Positions 1-7,859 of a stretch of DNA of 16,042 nt are shown here, one piece after another. Source of the DNA: Snowella sp. (GTDB lineage: Bacteria; Cyanobacteriota; Cyanobacteriia; Cyanobacteriales; Microcystaceae); NCBI GenBank assembly GCA_035285545.1, contig JAYKGY010000149.1, positions 1-16,042 on the forward strand. Reading direction: 5' to 3'. The position numbers were made by a program, and so were the translations under genes. Below the pieces are notes generated by a model. That model saw only the letters and a list, made by a program, of their open reading frames with translations. It ran no database searches and had not been told where the DNA came from. Position 1 is the stretch's first letter; the number at the start of each line of letters is the position of its first letter.

Positions 1-117
1 GAGTCTTAAAGCGGTGGCTCTTTGCTTGACTCTTTGAGGAACTCCATTGGCATAGCTTAGTTCGCGGAGGGTTATTTCTTCTTCCTTAGTTAAACTAATT
101 TTGAGGGGAGCAGGCAT
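1..117 (-). CDS. IS630-family transposase, N-terminal HTH portion (runs off the window's left edge; not in ORF track)
   Basis: Manual translation from ATG at 117: MPAPLKISLTKEEEITLRELSYANGVPQRVKQRATALRL, open to position 1. It resembles cyanobacterial IS630 ORF starts and has a purine-rich leader with a TAAAAT -10-like hexamer (150-155, - strand). Confidence 0.8.
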   Translation of the reverse strand, partial: MPAPLKISLTKEEEITLRELSYANGVPQRVKQRATALRL

Positions 118-179
118 TTACTTTCTCAACTTCTTTCTTTCCTCTTACTATTTTACGCTTTATTTGGTTGACCTACTTA
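1..179 (-). mobile_element. IS630-family element B, left end (partial)
   Basis: The - strand begins TAAGTAGGTCAACCAAATAAAG at 179, with TA at 178-179 (the IS630 target dinucleotide). The transposase start lies 62 nt inside this end. Confidence 0.75.
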
Positions 180-625
180 TCCCTTATGCATGGCAAGAAA
201 AAGATGACCAGATAATTTTAAATGATGTAGAGGGAAAAACGATTAATGTAATGGGGATAATGAATACGAAAAATGAGATTTATTACGAAAGTTATGAGAC
301 AAATACAAACAGCGATAAGGTGATTAAGTTCCTAGATAGATTTAGTGGAACAATCAAAATGAGAACTGTAATTTTGTTAGATCAAGCATCAATCCATACT
401 AGTGATAAAATCATGGAAAGATTAGAGTATTGGAAAGAAAAGAATTTGGAACTTTTTTGGTTGCCAGCTTATTCACCAAAATTAAATTTAATCGAAATAT
501 TATGGAAATTCATGAAGTATGAGTGGATAGAAATATCAGCATACGACAGTCACAATAACCTTCAAGAGTATATAAATAAAACTCTAAAACTTTTTGGGTC
601 AGAATATGTAATTAATTTTGCATGA
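179..625 (+). pseudogene. IS630-family transposase, C-terminal DDE fragment (148 aa), 5' part cut off by element B
   Basis: Motifs IPYAWQ, LLDQASIH and WLPAYSPKLNLIEILW are typical of the DDE_3 domain. The first catalytic Asp (DExGF, normally just before PYAW) is absent. The first 26 codons of track ORF 101..625 come from element B. Confidence 0.85.
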
Positions 626-632
626 CTACTTA
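180..632 (+). mobile_element. IS630-family element A, right part
   Basis: Ends ...AATTAATTTTGCATGACTACT|TA (reverse complement TAAGTAGTCATGCAAAATTAATT). The stop codon lies within the terminal repeat and TA is at 631-632. AT-rich, no HIP1. Confidence 0.8.
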
Positions 633-847
633 GCAGTAATGATTATGATCGAGAAGTAAAGATTCCCCTTTATGCAGAAAATGAAATAAAAGAATTTTGG
701 ATCGTTGATTTAAATCAGAACTGTTTGGAAGTTTATCAAAAGCCCTATCAAAATTATTATCAAATTACCCAGAAACTTACCTCAAAAGATAGCCTGTTTT
801 TAACTGATTTTCCTGAAATCATAATTCAATTAAGTCAGTTTTTGTAA
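632..847 (+). pseudogene. Uma2/DUF820-family endonuclease, 3' remnant (71 aa) interrupted by IS630 (not in ORF track)
   Basis: Manual translation: SSNDYDREVKIPLYAENEIKEFWIVDLNQNCLEVYQKPYQNYYQITQKLTSKDSLFLTDFPEIIIQLSQFL*. It matches the Uma2 C-terminal pattern S-x-x-x-D-x-x-x-K-x-x-x-Y...E-[FY]-W-I-V-D and starts exactly at the IS end. Confidence 0.85.
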
Positions 848-907
848 AACGCAGGATATTTCTTGGATATACTGGGTTCAGAGAGTTTGCAGGGATTGCG
901 TCGGCTC

Positions 908-1642
908 CTAACCCTTACCGCTGGAATTACTGACTAAAACGCCATCTTCCATATAGACAATGCGATCCGCGATATCTAAAATGCGGTTGTCATGAGTCAC
1001 CATCAAAATGGTACAGCCTTGTTCTTTCGCAAGTTTTTGCATAAGGCTCACCACATCTCGACCGGATTTACTATCTAGGGCGGCAGTGGGTTCATCGGCT
1101 AAAACCACTCGCGGATGACTGACCAAAGCCCGTGCGATCGCGACCCGTTGTTTTTGTCCCCCCGACAGATCATTGGGATAGTAGTGAATGCGTTCCCCCA
1201 GTCCCACGGCTTCTAGCATCTGGGTTGCTCGTTCATAGCGTTCTGAAGGGGAGATTTCAGGATGCAGTTGTAGCGACATTTGCACATTTTGCAGGGCGGT
1301 TAAACTTTTAAGTAAGTTATGGGCCTGAAAAATATAACCAATATGACGACGGGCTTGGATTAATTGCGCTTCCTTCGCTCCCAGTAATTCTTGATCCAGT
1401 AATTTCAAGCTGCCTTCTTGCGGCGATCGCAGACCACAGATGAGGGTTAACAGCGTGGTTTTCCCTGAACCCGATGGCCCGGTCATCAGAACGACTTCGC
1501 CTGGATAAATTTCTAAATTAATGTTAAAAAGAGCTTGCTTTCGTAGATTTCCTTGACCAAAATAGTGGTTTAAATTTTTGACGGAAATAACAGGTTGATG
1601 GGTACTCTGTTGAGGGGAATTCGATAGGGTTAAGGTCTGCAT
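908..1642 (-). CDS. devA: DevA-family ABC transporter ATP-binding protein
   Basis: Walker A GPSGSGKT, signature LSGGQKQR, Walker B LADEPT, H-loop VTHD. Third gene of the MFP-permease-ATPase operon. Confidence 0.92.
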   Translation of the reverse strand: MQTLTLSNSPQQSTHQPVISVKNLNHYFGQGNLRKQALFNINLEIYPGEVVLMTGPSGSGKTTLLTLICGLRSPQEGSLKLLDQELLGAKEAQLIQARRHIGYIFQAHNLLKSLTALQNVQMSLQLHPEISPSERYERATQMLEAVGLGERIHYYPNDLSGGQKQRVAIARALVSHPRVVLADEPTAALDSKSGRDVVSLMQKLAKEQGCTILMVTHDNRILDIADRIVYMEDGVLVSNSSGKG

Positions 1643-1723
1643 CGGTTTTCTTGATTTGAAGTTAAGTTACATTAAAATTTGGTTAGAGTTAACGGTTAAA
1701 TTCAGTTCAAAAATCCTCTTTCG

Positions 1724-2893
1724 TTAAAAAATATCTGCCGGGTCAGCCGAACGTAATTTTTTAGTCGCGATCGCGCCTGAAATGGTACACATAATCATGG
1801 TTAAAATTAAAACGGTAATGGCTCGGCTCAAGGTCATATAGAGCGGTAAATTAGTAGCATTGCGGGTTAGGGCATATAAACCGAACGCGATCGCAGAACC
1901 AGGAATAAAACCGAGAATAGCTAAAATTAAAGCTTCTTGAAAAACGACAATTAATAAATAGGAATTGCGATATCCCATCGCTTTTAAAGTGGCATATTCC
2001 GCAATATGATCGGCGACATCACTGGACAAAATTTGGTAAACAATCACTACACCGACAATAAAACCAATGGCTGTTCCCAAGGTGAAAATAAAACCAATGG
2101 AAGTATTTTCCGCCCAATAGATCTTCTCAAATTCAATAAATTCAGCCTTCGTTAATACCTTGACATCATTCGGTAAATTTGCTTGTAAGACTTTGGCCAT
2201 TTCTTGGGGATCAACGCCAGATTTTAAAGTAATTAATCCGGCACTCACTTGAGACGGTTGACGACGAGGCAAGATGCGGTGAAAATTTAAATCACTGGTT
2301 ATTACATTGCCATCCGCCGCAAAAGAAGCTCCTGATAAAAATAAGCCTTTAATGTTAATTTTGCGTTCTTGAACTTCTGTAGAAACGGTTTTTCCTTGCT
2401 CTAAATTACTTAATGTTGTGGCGTAATCTCCCCGCGATCCGCTATCAAAGAGAAGAACATCAGGCATTTTTAATTGATCTAAATTTTGCTCCACTTCGGG
2501 AATGGCAAAGGCAGATTTTTCCGGTTTAAAACCGAGGAGAAGAATAGAACTTTTTAACTGAGTTTGAGGATTTTTCCAATCCACAAAATCGGCATAGAGG
2601 GGATCGGCGGCAGCAACTCCATCAAAATTTAAAGCTTGGTAAAGTCTTCTTCGGGGAAAAGTGGTTAAATTAACAATGTTTCTGGCTTGCGGACTGATTA
2701 AAACTAAATCAGCATTGATTTTTTGATGTAATTGGGTGTTACTGTCATAGAGGGCGGTTTGAAATCCGAGTTGAATAAACATCAACATATCCGCAAAAGC
2801 AATTCCCGCCATGGCAACTAATAAACGGCCTTTTTCACGGCTCAATTGTAACCAGGCTAAGGGAATTTCACGAGTTTTGGGTGTTTTTTTCAT
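1724..2893 (-). CDS. devC: DevC-family ABC transporter permease (MacB/FtsX-like)
   Basis: N-terminal PLAWLQL...GIAFAD, periplasmic domain, EYATLKAMGY motif and the characteristic ADPADIF C-terminus. Confidence 0.92.
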   Translation of the reverse strand: MKKTPKTREIPLAWLQLSREKGRLLVAMAGIAFADMLMFIQLGFQTALYDSNTQLHQKINADLVLISPQARNIVNLTTFPRRRLYQALNFDGVAAADPLYADFVDWKNPQTQLKSSILLLGFKPEKSAFAIPEVEQNLDQLKMPDVLLFDSGSRGDYATTLSNLEQGKTVSTEVQERKINIKGLFLSGASFAADGNVITSDLNFHRILPRRQPSQVSAGLITLKSGVDPQEMAKVLQANLPNDVKVLTKAEFIEFEKIYWAENTSIGFIFTLGTAIGFIVGVVIVYQILSSDVADHIAEYATLKAMGYRNSYLLIVVFQEALILAILGFIPGSAIAFGLYALTRNATNLPLYMTLSRAITVLILTMIMCTISGAIATKKLRSADPADIF

Positions 2894-2940
2894 GGTCTAT
2901 TTCTCTTGATTTCCCTTGAATAAAATGTCAAGCAATCGTT

Positions 2941-2987
2941 CTATTAACTATTAACTATTAACTATTAACTATTAACTATTAACTATT
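2941..2987. repeat. Heptamer tandem repeat (CTATTAA)x6 plus partial copy, STRR-like
   Basis: Six perfect copies at 2941-2982, then CTATT. The partial copy contains the devB TAG stop. Confidence 0.95.
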
Positions 2988-4305
2988 TAACGTTAATTGC
3001 AACAGTAACTTCGAGATTAGTAAAAGCTTGAACTTTTGCACTACTCGCCGGATCAAGGGCAATTTTAACCTCTACAATTCGGGAATCTGCGGCTGCGGTG
3101 GGATCGGTATTTAGCACATTATTTTTGTAAATTTGTAAGCCAATTTCTTGGATTTTTCCGGTGGCCTCTCCGTTAAAAGCACCGCTCGTGATAATGGCTT
3201 TTTGGCCAATTTTTAGCTTTTTGACATCGGTTTCATAGACTTCCGCCACGGCTATCATCTGCTGCGTTTGACCCAATTCGACGATGCCATCATTGCCGAC
3301 AATTTCCCCGTCCCACGTCCGCACTCTTAAAATTTGTCCATTTCGCGGCGATCGCACAGAGGCGAGATCCAATTCAGCTTGCACTTTTTTAACCGCAGCT
3401 AGGGCAGAATTGACTTCCGCTTGGGCCGTCTGCACATCGACGGGACGAACTTCGGCCACTTTATTGAGGGTTGAACGGGCTTCATTAATTTGCTGTTGAC
3501 CTGTACGTTCAATGCGTTCTAGGGCCGCTTCGGCTTCTTTGATCTGTTGCTGTCCGGTTTTTTGAGTTCGTTCTAAGTTGGCTTTGGCTTCGGCTAATTG
3601 TTGACGACTGGTTTCTAGGGTCAACCCCTTACTTTCGTAAATTGAGGTAGAAACCGCCCCTTCCTCGCTTAATTGCTTATAACGTTGATATTCTGCTTGA
3701 GCATTATTTAATTCCGCCTCTAGTTTACGAATACTGGCTTTTTGGGCAGCCATATCTCCTGCTAACTGGGCTTCTAGGCGAGTAATGGTCGCTTGTTGGG
3801 TTTGGCGATCGCCAATTAACTGGGCTTCGATGCGTTGAATAGTCGATTGTTGAGCACTGATTTCACCCACTTTTGCGCCGGCTTTGACCTGGGCGAGTTT
3901 TGCCTGGGCCACTCGTACCTGCTCTTGGGCTTGACCTAACTCGGCTTGGAGGCGATCGCGGTTATCCAGAATCGCAATCACTTGACCTTTTTTGACCCCA
4001 TCTCCCTGTTTAACCAACAGTTGGGCAACCCGACTGCCACTGCTAGAGGCGGCCACTTTTAGCACTTCTCCCTGGGGTTCTAAACGACCTAACGCGGTGA
4101 CTGACTTAGCCACAATTGGTTGACTCACAGGTACTGCCGCCGGTTTAGTGTCCGATTCGGAAGACTGGGTAAAGCCATAACCAACCATGCCAATGACACC
4201 AATGGCCGCGATCGCCCCTAATCCCCCTAACCGTTGTAACCATTTTCCAGTAGAGTGAGAAAGTCGCTGACCATGCGAATGAGTGGATTTTTCCGCAGTT
4301 TGCAT
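2983..4305 (-). CDS. devB: DevB-family (HlyD-type) membrane fusion protein
   Basis: N-terminal TM segment, VTALGRLEP, lipoyl-like LLVKQGDGVKKGQ, long coiled coil, VAEVYETDV and DSRIVEVKI motifs. Confidence 0.92.
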   Translation of the reverse strand: MQTAEKSTHSHGQRLSHSTGKWLQRLGGLGAIAAIGVIGMVGYGFTQSSESDTKPAAVPVSQPIVAKSVTALGRLEPQGEVLKVAASSSGSRVAQLLVKQGDGVKKGQVIAILDNRDRLQAELGQAQEQVRVAQAKLAQVKAGAKVGEISAQQSTIQRIEAQLIGDRQTQQATITRLEAQLAGDMAAQKASIRKLEAELNNAQAEYQRYKQLSEEGAVSTSIYESKGLTLETSRQQLAEAKANLERTQKTGQQQIKEAEAALERIERTGQQQINEARSTLNKVAEVRPVDVQTAQAEVNSALAAVKKVQAELDLASVRSPRNGQILRVRTWDGEIVGNDGIVELGQTQQMIAVAEVYETDVKKLKIGQKAIITSGAFNGEATGKIQEIGLQIYKNNVLNTDPTAAADSRIVEVKIALDPASSAKVQAFTNLEVTVAINVK

Positions 4306-4354
4306 AGGTAAAACCTGATAATGAGTAAAGGAGACTTATTCTGTCGGCGGATGC

Positions 4355-4416
4355 TTATGCAAAAAAATGAATATAAAATTTATATAATAAGAATGTATAG
4401 TAAACAAATTGAATAT
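4355..4416. promoter_or_regulatory. Two candidate PadR/AphA-type operators in the devB/padR divergent region
   Basis: Site 1 is TTATGCA-AAAAAA-TGAATAT (4355-4374) and site 2 is ATAGTAA-ACAAAT-TGAATAT (4397-4416). Their right half-sites are identical and 42 bp apart. RBS AGGAGG at 4421-4426. Confidence 0.65.
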
Positions 4417-4433
4417 GTCAAGGAGGATTTTGC

Positions 4434-4988
4434 ATGGCGTTACCCCACGCATTGTTAGCATCGCTCTTGGTTGATGGGCCGTGTAGCGGTTATGACATGG
4501 TGAAGCGGTTCGATGAAAAAATTAGTTGTTATTGGATGGCATCCCATCAGCAGGTTTATAAAGCCCTACGGGAACTGGAAAACCAAGGTTGGGTGAGTTC
4601 GGAAACCATTACCCAAACCAGTCGCCCGAATAAAAATATCTATAGCATCACGCCCCTGGGGAAGGAGCAACTCGCCCATTGGATCTTTACGCCCAGCGAA
4701 CCGACGACGATCCGAGAAGATTTAATGATTAAAACCCAGGTCGGTTTTTTAGTGCCCCGTCCGACCCTGATACAAGAGTTAAAGCGTCGTCAGCAGATTC
4801 ATTTGGACAATCTCGCCGTACTAAAAGCCTCTGAAGAAGAGGAATTCGGCGATCGCGATCATCTTTCCTTTGAGAATAAATTACATTACCTAACCCTACG
4901 TCGTGGGATTCGGTTTGAAACGGATTGGGTTGCCTGGTGTGAAGAAGCGATCGCTGCGATTGAGGCGTATCAAGAGGAGCCAGGCTAG
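4434..4988 (+). CDS. PadR-family transcriptional regulator, AphA-like long subfamily with C-terminal dimerisation domain
   Basis: MALPHALL...SGYD...F...YWMASHQQVY...L winged helix, RPNKNIYSITPLGK wing, C-terminal LTLRRGI...W..WCEE. Strong RBS. Confidence 0.9.
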   Translation: MALPHALLASLLVDGPCSGYDMVKRFDEKISCYWMASHQQVYKALRELENQGWVSSETITQTSRPNKNIYSITPLGKEQLAHWIFTPSEPTTIREDLMIKTQVGFLVPRPTLIQELKRRQQIHLDNLAVLKASEEEEFGDRDHLSFENKLHYLTLRRGIRFETDWVAWCEEAIAAIEAYQEEPG

Positions 4989-5108
4989 TTGCAGTCTCAA
5001 CCTAGAGATCATCAACAGAGCCTTATTTTGAGGAGTCAAACTTAATGCAAGCATCAAATAAAGTCTCTCGACTACGGCTTTCTTGTCGGTTAAATGTCCC
5101 CTTAAAAA

Positions 5109-6545
5109 TTACTTAGCGATTGATTGGGTTAACTTAGCTCGTAATTCCGTTTTAATACGGTTCAAAATCGAAGCCTCATCTAGAGATTCCAAAATATTGG
5201 TAACAACTGTTTTCGGGCCATCAGGCCCCCAAGCGGCTCCATTCGCTAAATAGGTTTTCGTGACTTGACCGATCGCGTAACAAGAAACCCCTGCCACCCC
5301 TGCCTGGGTAATGGCTATCGAAACATAGGGAGCAAAGGAAAGACCCCCCGTAACAGGAACCGTTAACCCTAACAACCCCTTGAGAGAACTTAAGCCCAAA
5401 GAAGCCAGAAATTCACTAGCACTGATGCCGCCCATACTGATCCCGATTTTTTGCAATAACGCGATCGCCGACGTATGGGTCATGGCAATTCCATAGAGAC
5501 GAGATAGGGCTAAAATCATGGCGACATCAATCACTGCACCCGTCAGCAAGTCCACCGCCGTAACAGGATTTAACGCGATCGCTGCGGCTTTGATCATCAC
5601 TGCTTTTTGGATCAGGTCATTGGCGAGGGTATCCCGTACTTGCATTTTGCGTTGAACTAATTTTTCATTAACCGTATCAGCACAGAGCAAGGTATTTAAC
5701 GCCACTAAGGATTTTCCTTCCCGTTGCAGGAGTTCCACAATTTTTAACTTTAATTCAGTTACTTGCGGTTCACTGCGATATTGACGACGCTTGATCTTTC
5801 CTGATCCATCTTTCACTAGTTCCGACACCAAGGGATTAGCCGCCACCATGACAATTTCATCGGGAGACAATAACTCTTTAACCCGTTCATCCCGAATTTT
5901 TTGATAAATCGCTTGGCGATCGGTTTCGGGATATTGGTCGATTTTATTAAACACTAAAATGATGGGTTTTCCGACTTCACGTAATTGGGAAAGAGCGGTG
6001 TATTCAACCTTACTTAAATCCCCTGCAATAATAAATAAAATTAAATCGACTTTTTGAGCAATTTCCCGTGCTAAAGCTTCCCTAATTTCACCATTGACTT
6101 CATCAATTCCAGGGGTATCAATCAGTTGAATCTGGGAATTCCCCCAACCTGATAAAGTTAATCTTTTTACTTGGGCTAAATGCTCATCTTCTGTGACTTG
6201 CCAATGGGCTGAATCAATAGTTTTGGTAACCCCATGTAGCGGCCCTGCTTCAAAAATGTTTTGTCCTAATAAGGCATTTAAAATAGAAGATTTTCCCCGT
6301 CCAACCATGCCAAAGGCTGCGATTTGTACGACCGAATTATCCAGTTTTTCTAGCATAGAGACTAGGTGATTAATATCTTGTTCTAATCCCTGTTTTTCTC
6401 TGGCACTCAAATCTAAATGATTAACCAAATCTCTGAGGGTATGTTGCGCTTTTTGATAATTTAATTCTTCTTGGATCTCCTCAAAACTCAACAGAGCCTT
6501 TTCAAACTCTTCACTATTCCAATTAATTGTTCGGGAAATCTCCAT
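5109..6545 (-). CDS. Era/MMR_HSR1-like GTP-binding protein with C-terminal DUF697 (YcjF-like) domain
   Basis: G1 GMVGRGKS, G3 DTPG, G4 NKID; hydrophobic C-terminal region with NP..AVD...D..M...L..LYG. Confidence 0.85.
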   Translation of the reverse strand: MEISRTINWNSEEFEKALLSFEEIQEELNYQKAQHTLRDLVNHLDLSAREKQGLEQDINHLVSMLEKLDNSVVQIAAFGMVGRGKSSILNALLGQNIFEAGPLHGVTKTIDSAHWQVTEDEHLAQVKRLTLSGWGNSQIQLIDTPGIDEVNGEIREALAREIAQKVDLILFIIAGDLSKVEYTALSQLREVGKPIILVFNKIDQYPETDRQAIYQKIRDERVKELLSPDEIVMVAANPLVSELVKDGSGKIKRRQYRSEPQVTELKLKIVELLQREGKSLVALNTLLCADTVNEKLVQRKMQVRDTLANDLIQKAVMIKAAAIALNPVTAVDLLTGAVIDVAMILALSRLYGIAMTHTSAIALLQKIGISMGGISASEFLASLGLSSLKGLLGLTVPVTGGLSFAPYVSIAITQAGVAGVSCYAIGQVTKTYLANGAAWGPDGPKTVVTNILESLDEASILNRIKTELRAKLTQSIAK

Positions 6546-6554
6546 ATATAAAAA

Positions 6555-6582
6555 TTATTAACTATTAACTATTAATTATTCA
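6555..6582. repeat. Degenerate CTATTAA heptamer run (4 units)
   Basis: TTATTAA-CTATTAA-CTATTAA-TTATTCA between divergent genes, followed by TATAAT at 6589-6594. Confidence 0.75.
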
Positions 6583-6623
6583 CTAAGCTATAATCAATCC
6601 GTAATAACTTGAGCGATTTTGCG

Positions 6624-7463
6624 ATGAAAGTTGCGGGTATTTTCATTTATCCTATCAAATCCTGCCGAGGCATTGCCTTAGAACAAACGGAAGTTAGCCC
6701 CAAAGGGTTGGTTTGCGATCGCGAATGGATGTTAGTGGATCAAGCGGGAAATTTTTTAACCCAACGGCAATATCCGCAATTAGCAACGATTCAAGTTGAG
6801 ATTCAAGGTCAATCCCTGCGATTATCAACGATTCACAGCAACCCATTTATCCTAGAACCTCAGTTGGGGGGGGATGAAAAAACGGTTCAGGTGTGGCGCG
6901 ATCGCGTTGTAGCCATTGATCAAGGAGATGAAGTGGCCAAATGGTTTCAGCAGGCTTTAAACTTACCCGCCGAGCAAAAAATCCGTTTAGTCAGGCAATC
7001 TCCGCAACATATCCGTCCCATTGATAAAAATTACACGAATAATCAGGAACTTCCCGTCAGTTTTTCCGATGGTTTCCCGATTTTATTAACAGCTACAGCC
7101 TCTCTAGCGGATCTTAATCAACGGCTTGAAGCTATCTACCCCAATCAATCCCAAACCGTTCCCATGAATCGTTTTCGTCCGAATTTAGTCATTGAAACCG
7201 AAGAACCGTTTATTGAAAGTTCCTGGCAAGAAATTCAAATTAATAATCTTAAATTTGCCCTCGTGAAACCCTGTTCTCGTTGTGTGGTGACGACGACGGA
7301 TCAATTTAGCGGCGATCGCAATCTATTACAAGAACCCTTGAAAACCCTGAGTACATTTCGTCAAATTCCCCAACAAGGCATTATGTTTGGTGAAAATGTC
7401 ATTCCTTTAACCCCAGGCTGGATCAAAATGGGGGATAATATGACGGTTTTGAAACAATCCTAA
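6624..7463 (+). CDS. MOSC-domain protein (MOSC_N + MOSC; mARC/YcbX-like molybdenum-cofactor protein)
   Basis: IYPIKSC, DREWMLVD, FSDGFP, RFRPNLVI, KPCSRC and FGEN motifs. ATG at 6624 preferred to TTG at 6609. Confidence 0.9.
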   Translation: MKVAGIFIYPIKSCRGIALEQTEVSPKGLVCDREWMLVDQAGNFLTQRQYPQLATIQVEIQGQSLRLSTIHSNPFILEPQLGGDEKTVQVWRDRVVAIDQGDEVAKWFQQALNLPAEQKIRLVRQSPQHIRPIDKNYTNNQELPVSFSDGFPILLTATASLADLNQRLEAIYPNQSQTVPMNRFRPNLVIETEEPFIESSWQEIQINNLKFALVKPCSRCVVTTTDQFSGDRNLLQEPLKTLSTFRQIPQQGIMFGENVIPLTPGWIKMGDNMTVLKQS

Positions 7464-7593
7464 AATCTTTTTTATTATTTAAAATAGCGTGATCGTCAGT
7501 AAAAATTAAATCTGATGATTTTTTTTAAGCTGAGATCTTTTTGATTTAAATTCAACGAAATTTTTATTAAAATTGATATTTTCTAGGGTTAAA

Positions 7594-7680
7594 TAGCAGT
7601 CCTAAACAGGTTGTAAATAGTGATCTACTCTGGGGAAGGGTTTCGGGCCTCTCAATACCACGAATCATTTAGAATTGCTA
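7594..7680. mobile_element. 87-bp MITE-like element with imperfect terminal inverted repeats
   Basis: Left end TAGCAGTCCTAAA; right end TTTAGAATTGCTA (reverse complement TAGCAATTCTAAA, 11/13 match). TA at both ends; more GC-rich than the AT-rich flanks. Confidence 0.6.
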
Positions 7681-7859
7681 AAGATTTACAGCAATATTAA
7701 AAAACGTTAATTTTTGGAACATTTTGCTCTATAAACTGCTCTGCTCAGTTCAATTATAGGCTATGCTTATTTTTGCTATTCTGTGCATTTTTTTTTAATT
7801 TTTCTAATTTTATTAATCCTTAACAACAATTTATCGAATTAAATTTTTGAGGCAAGAAT

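Noticed and set aside
101..178. N-terminal 26 aa of track ORF 101..625
   Set aside because: It is the antisense read of IS element B's end, fortuitously in frame. TTG start and no transposase similarity.
2941..2987. CRISPR array
   Set aside because: A spacer-less 7-bp tandem repeat. No repeat-spacer structure or cas genes seen in the window.
3284..3499. 71-aa + strand ORF
   Set aside because: Antisense shadow of devB; no recognisable motifs.
908..4305. devBCA as evidence of a heterocyst-forming host
   Set aside because: DevBCA paralogues also occur in non-heterocystous cyanobacteria, and no hgl or het genes are in the window.
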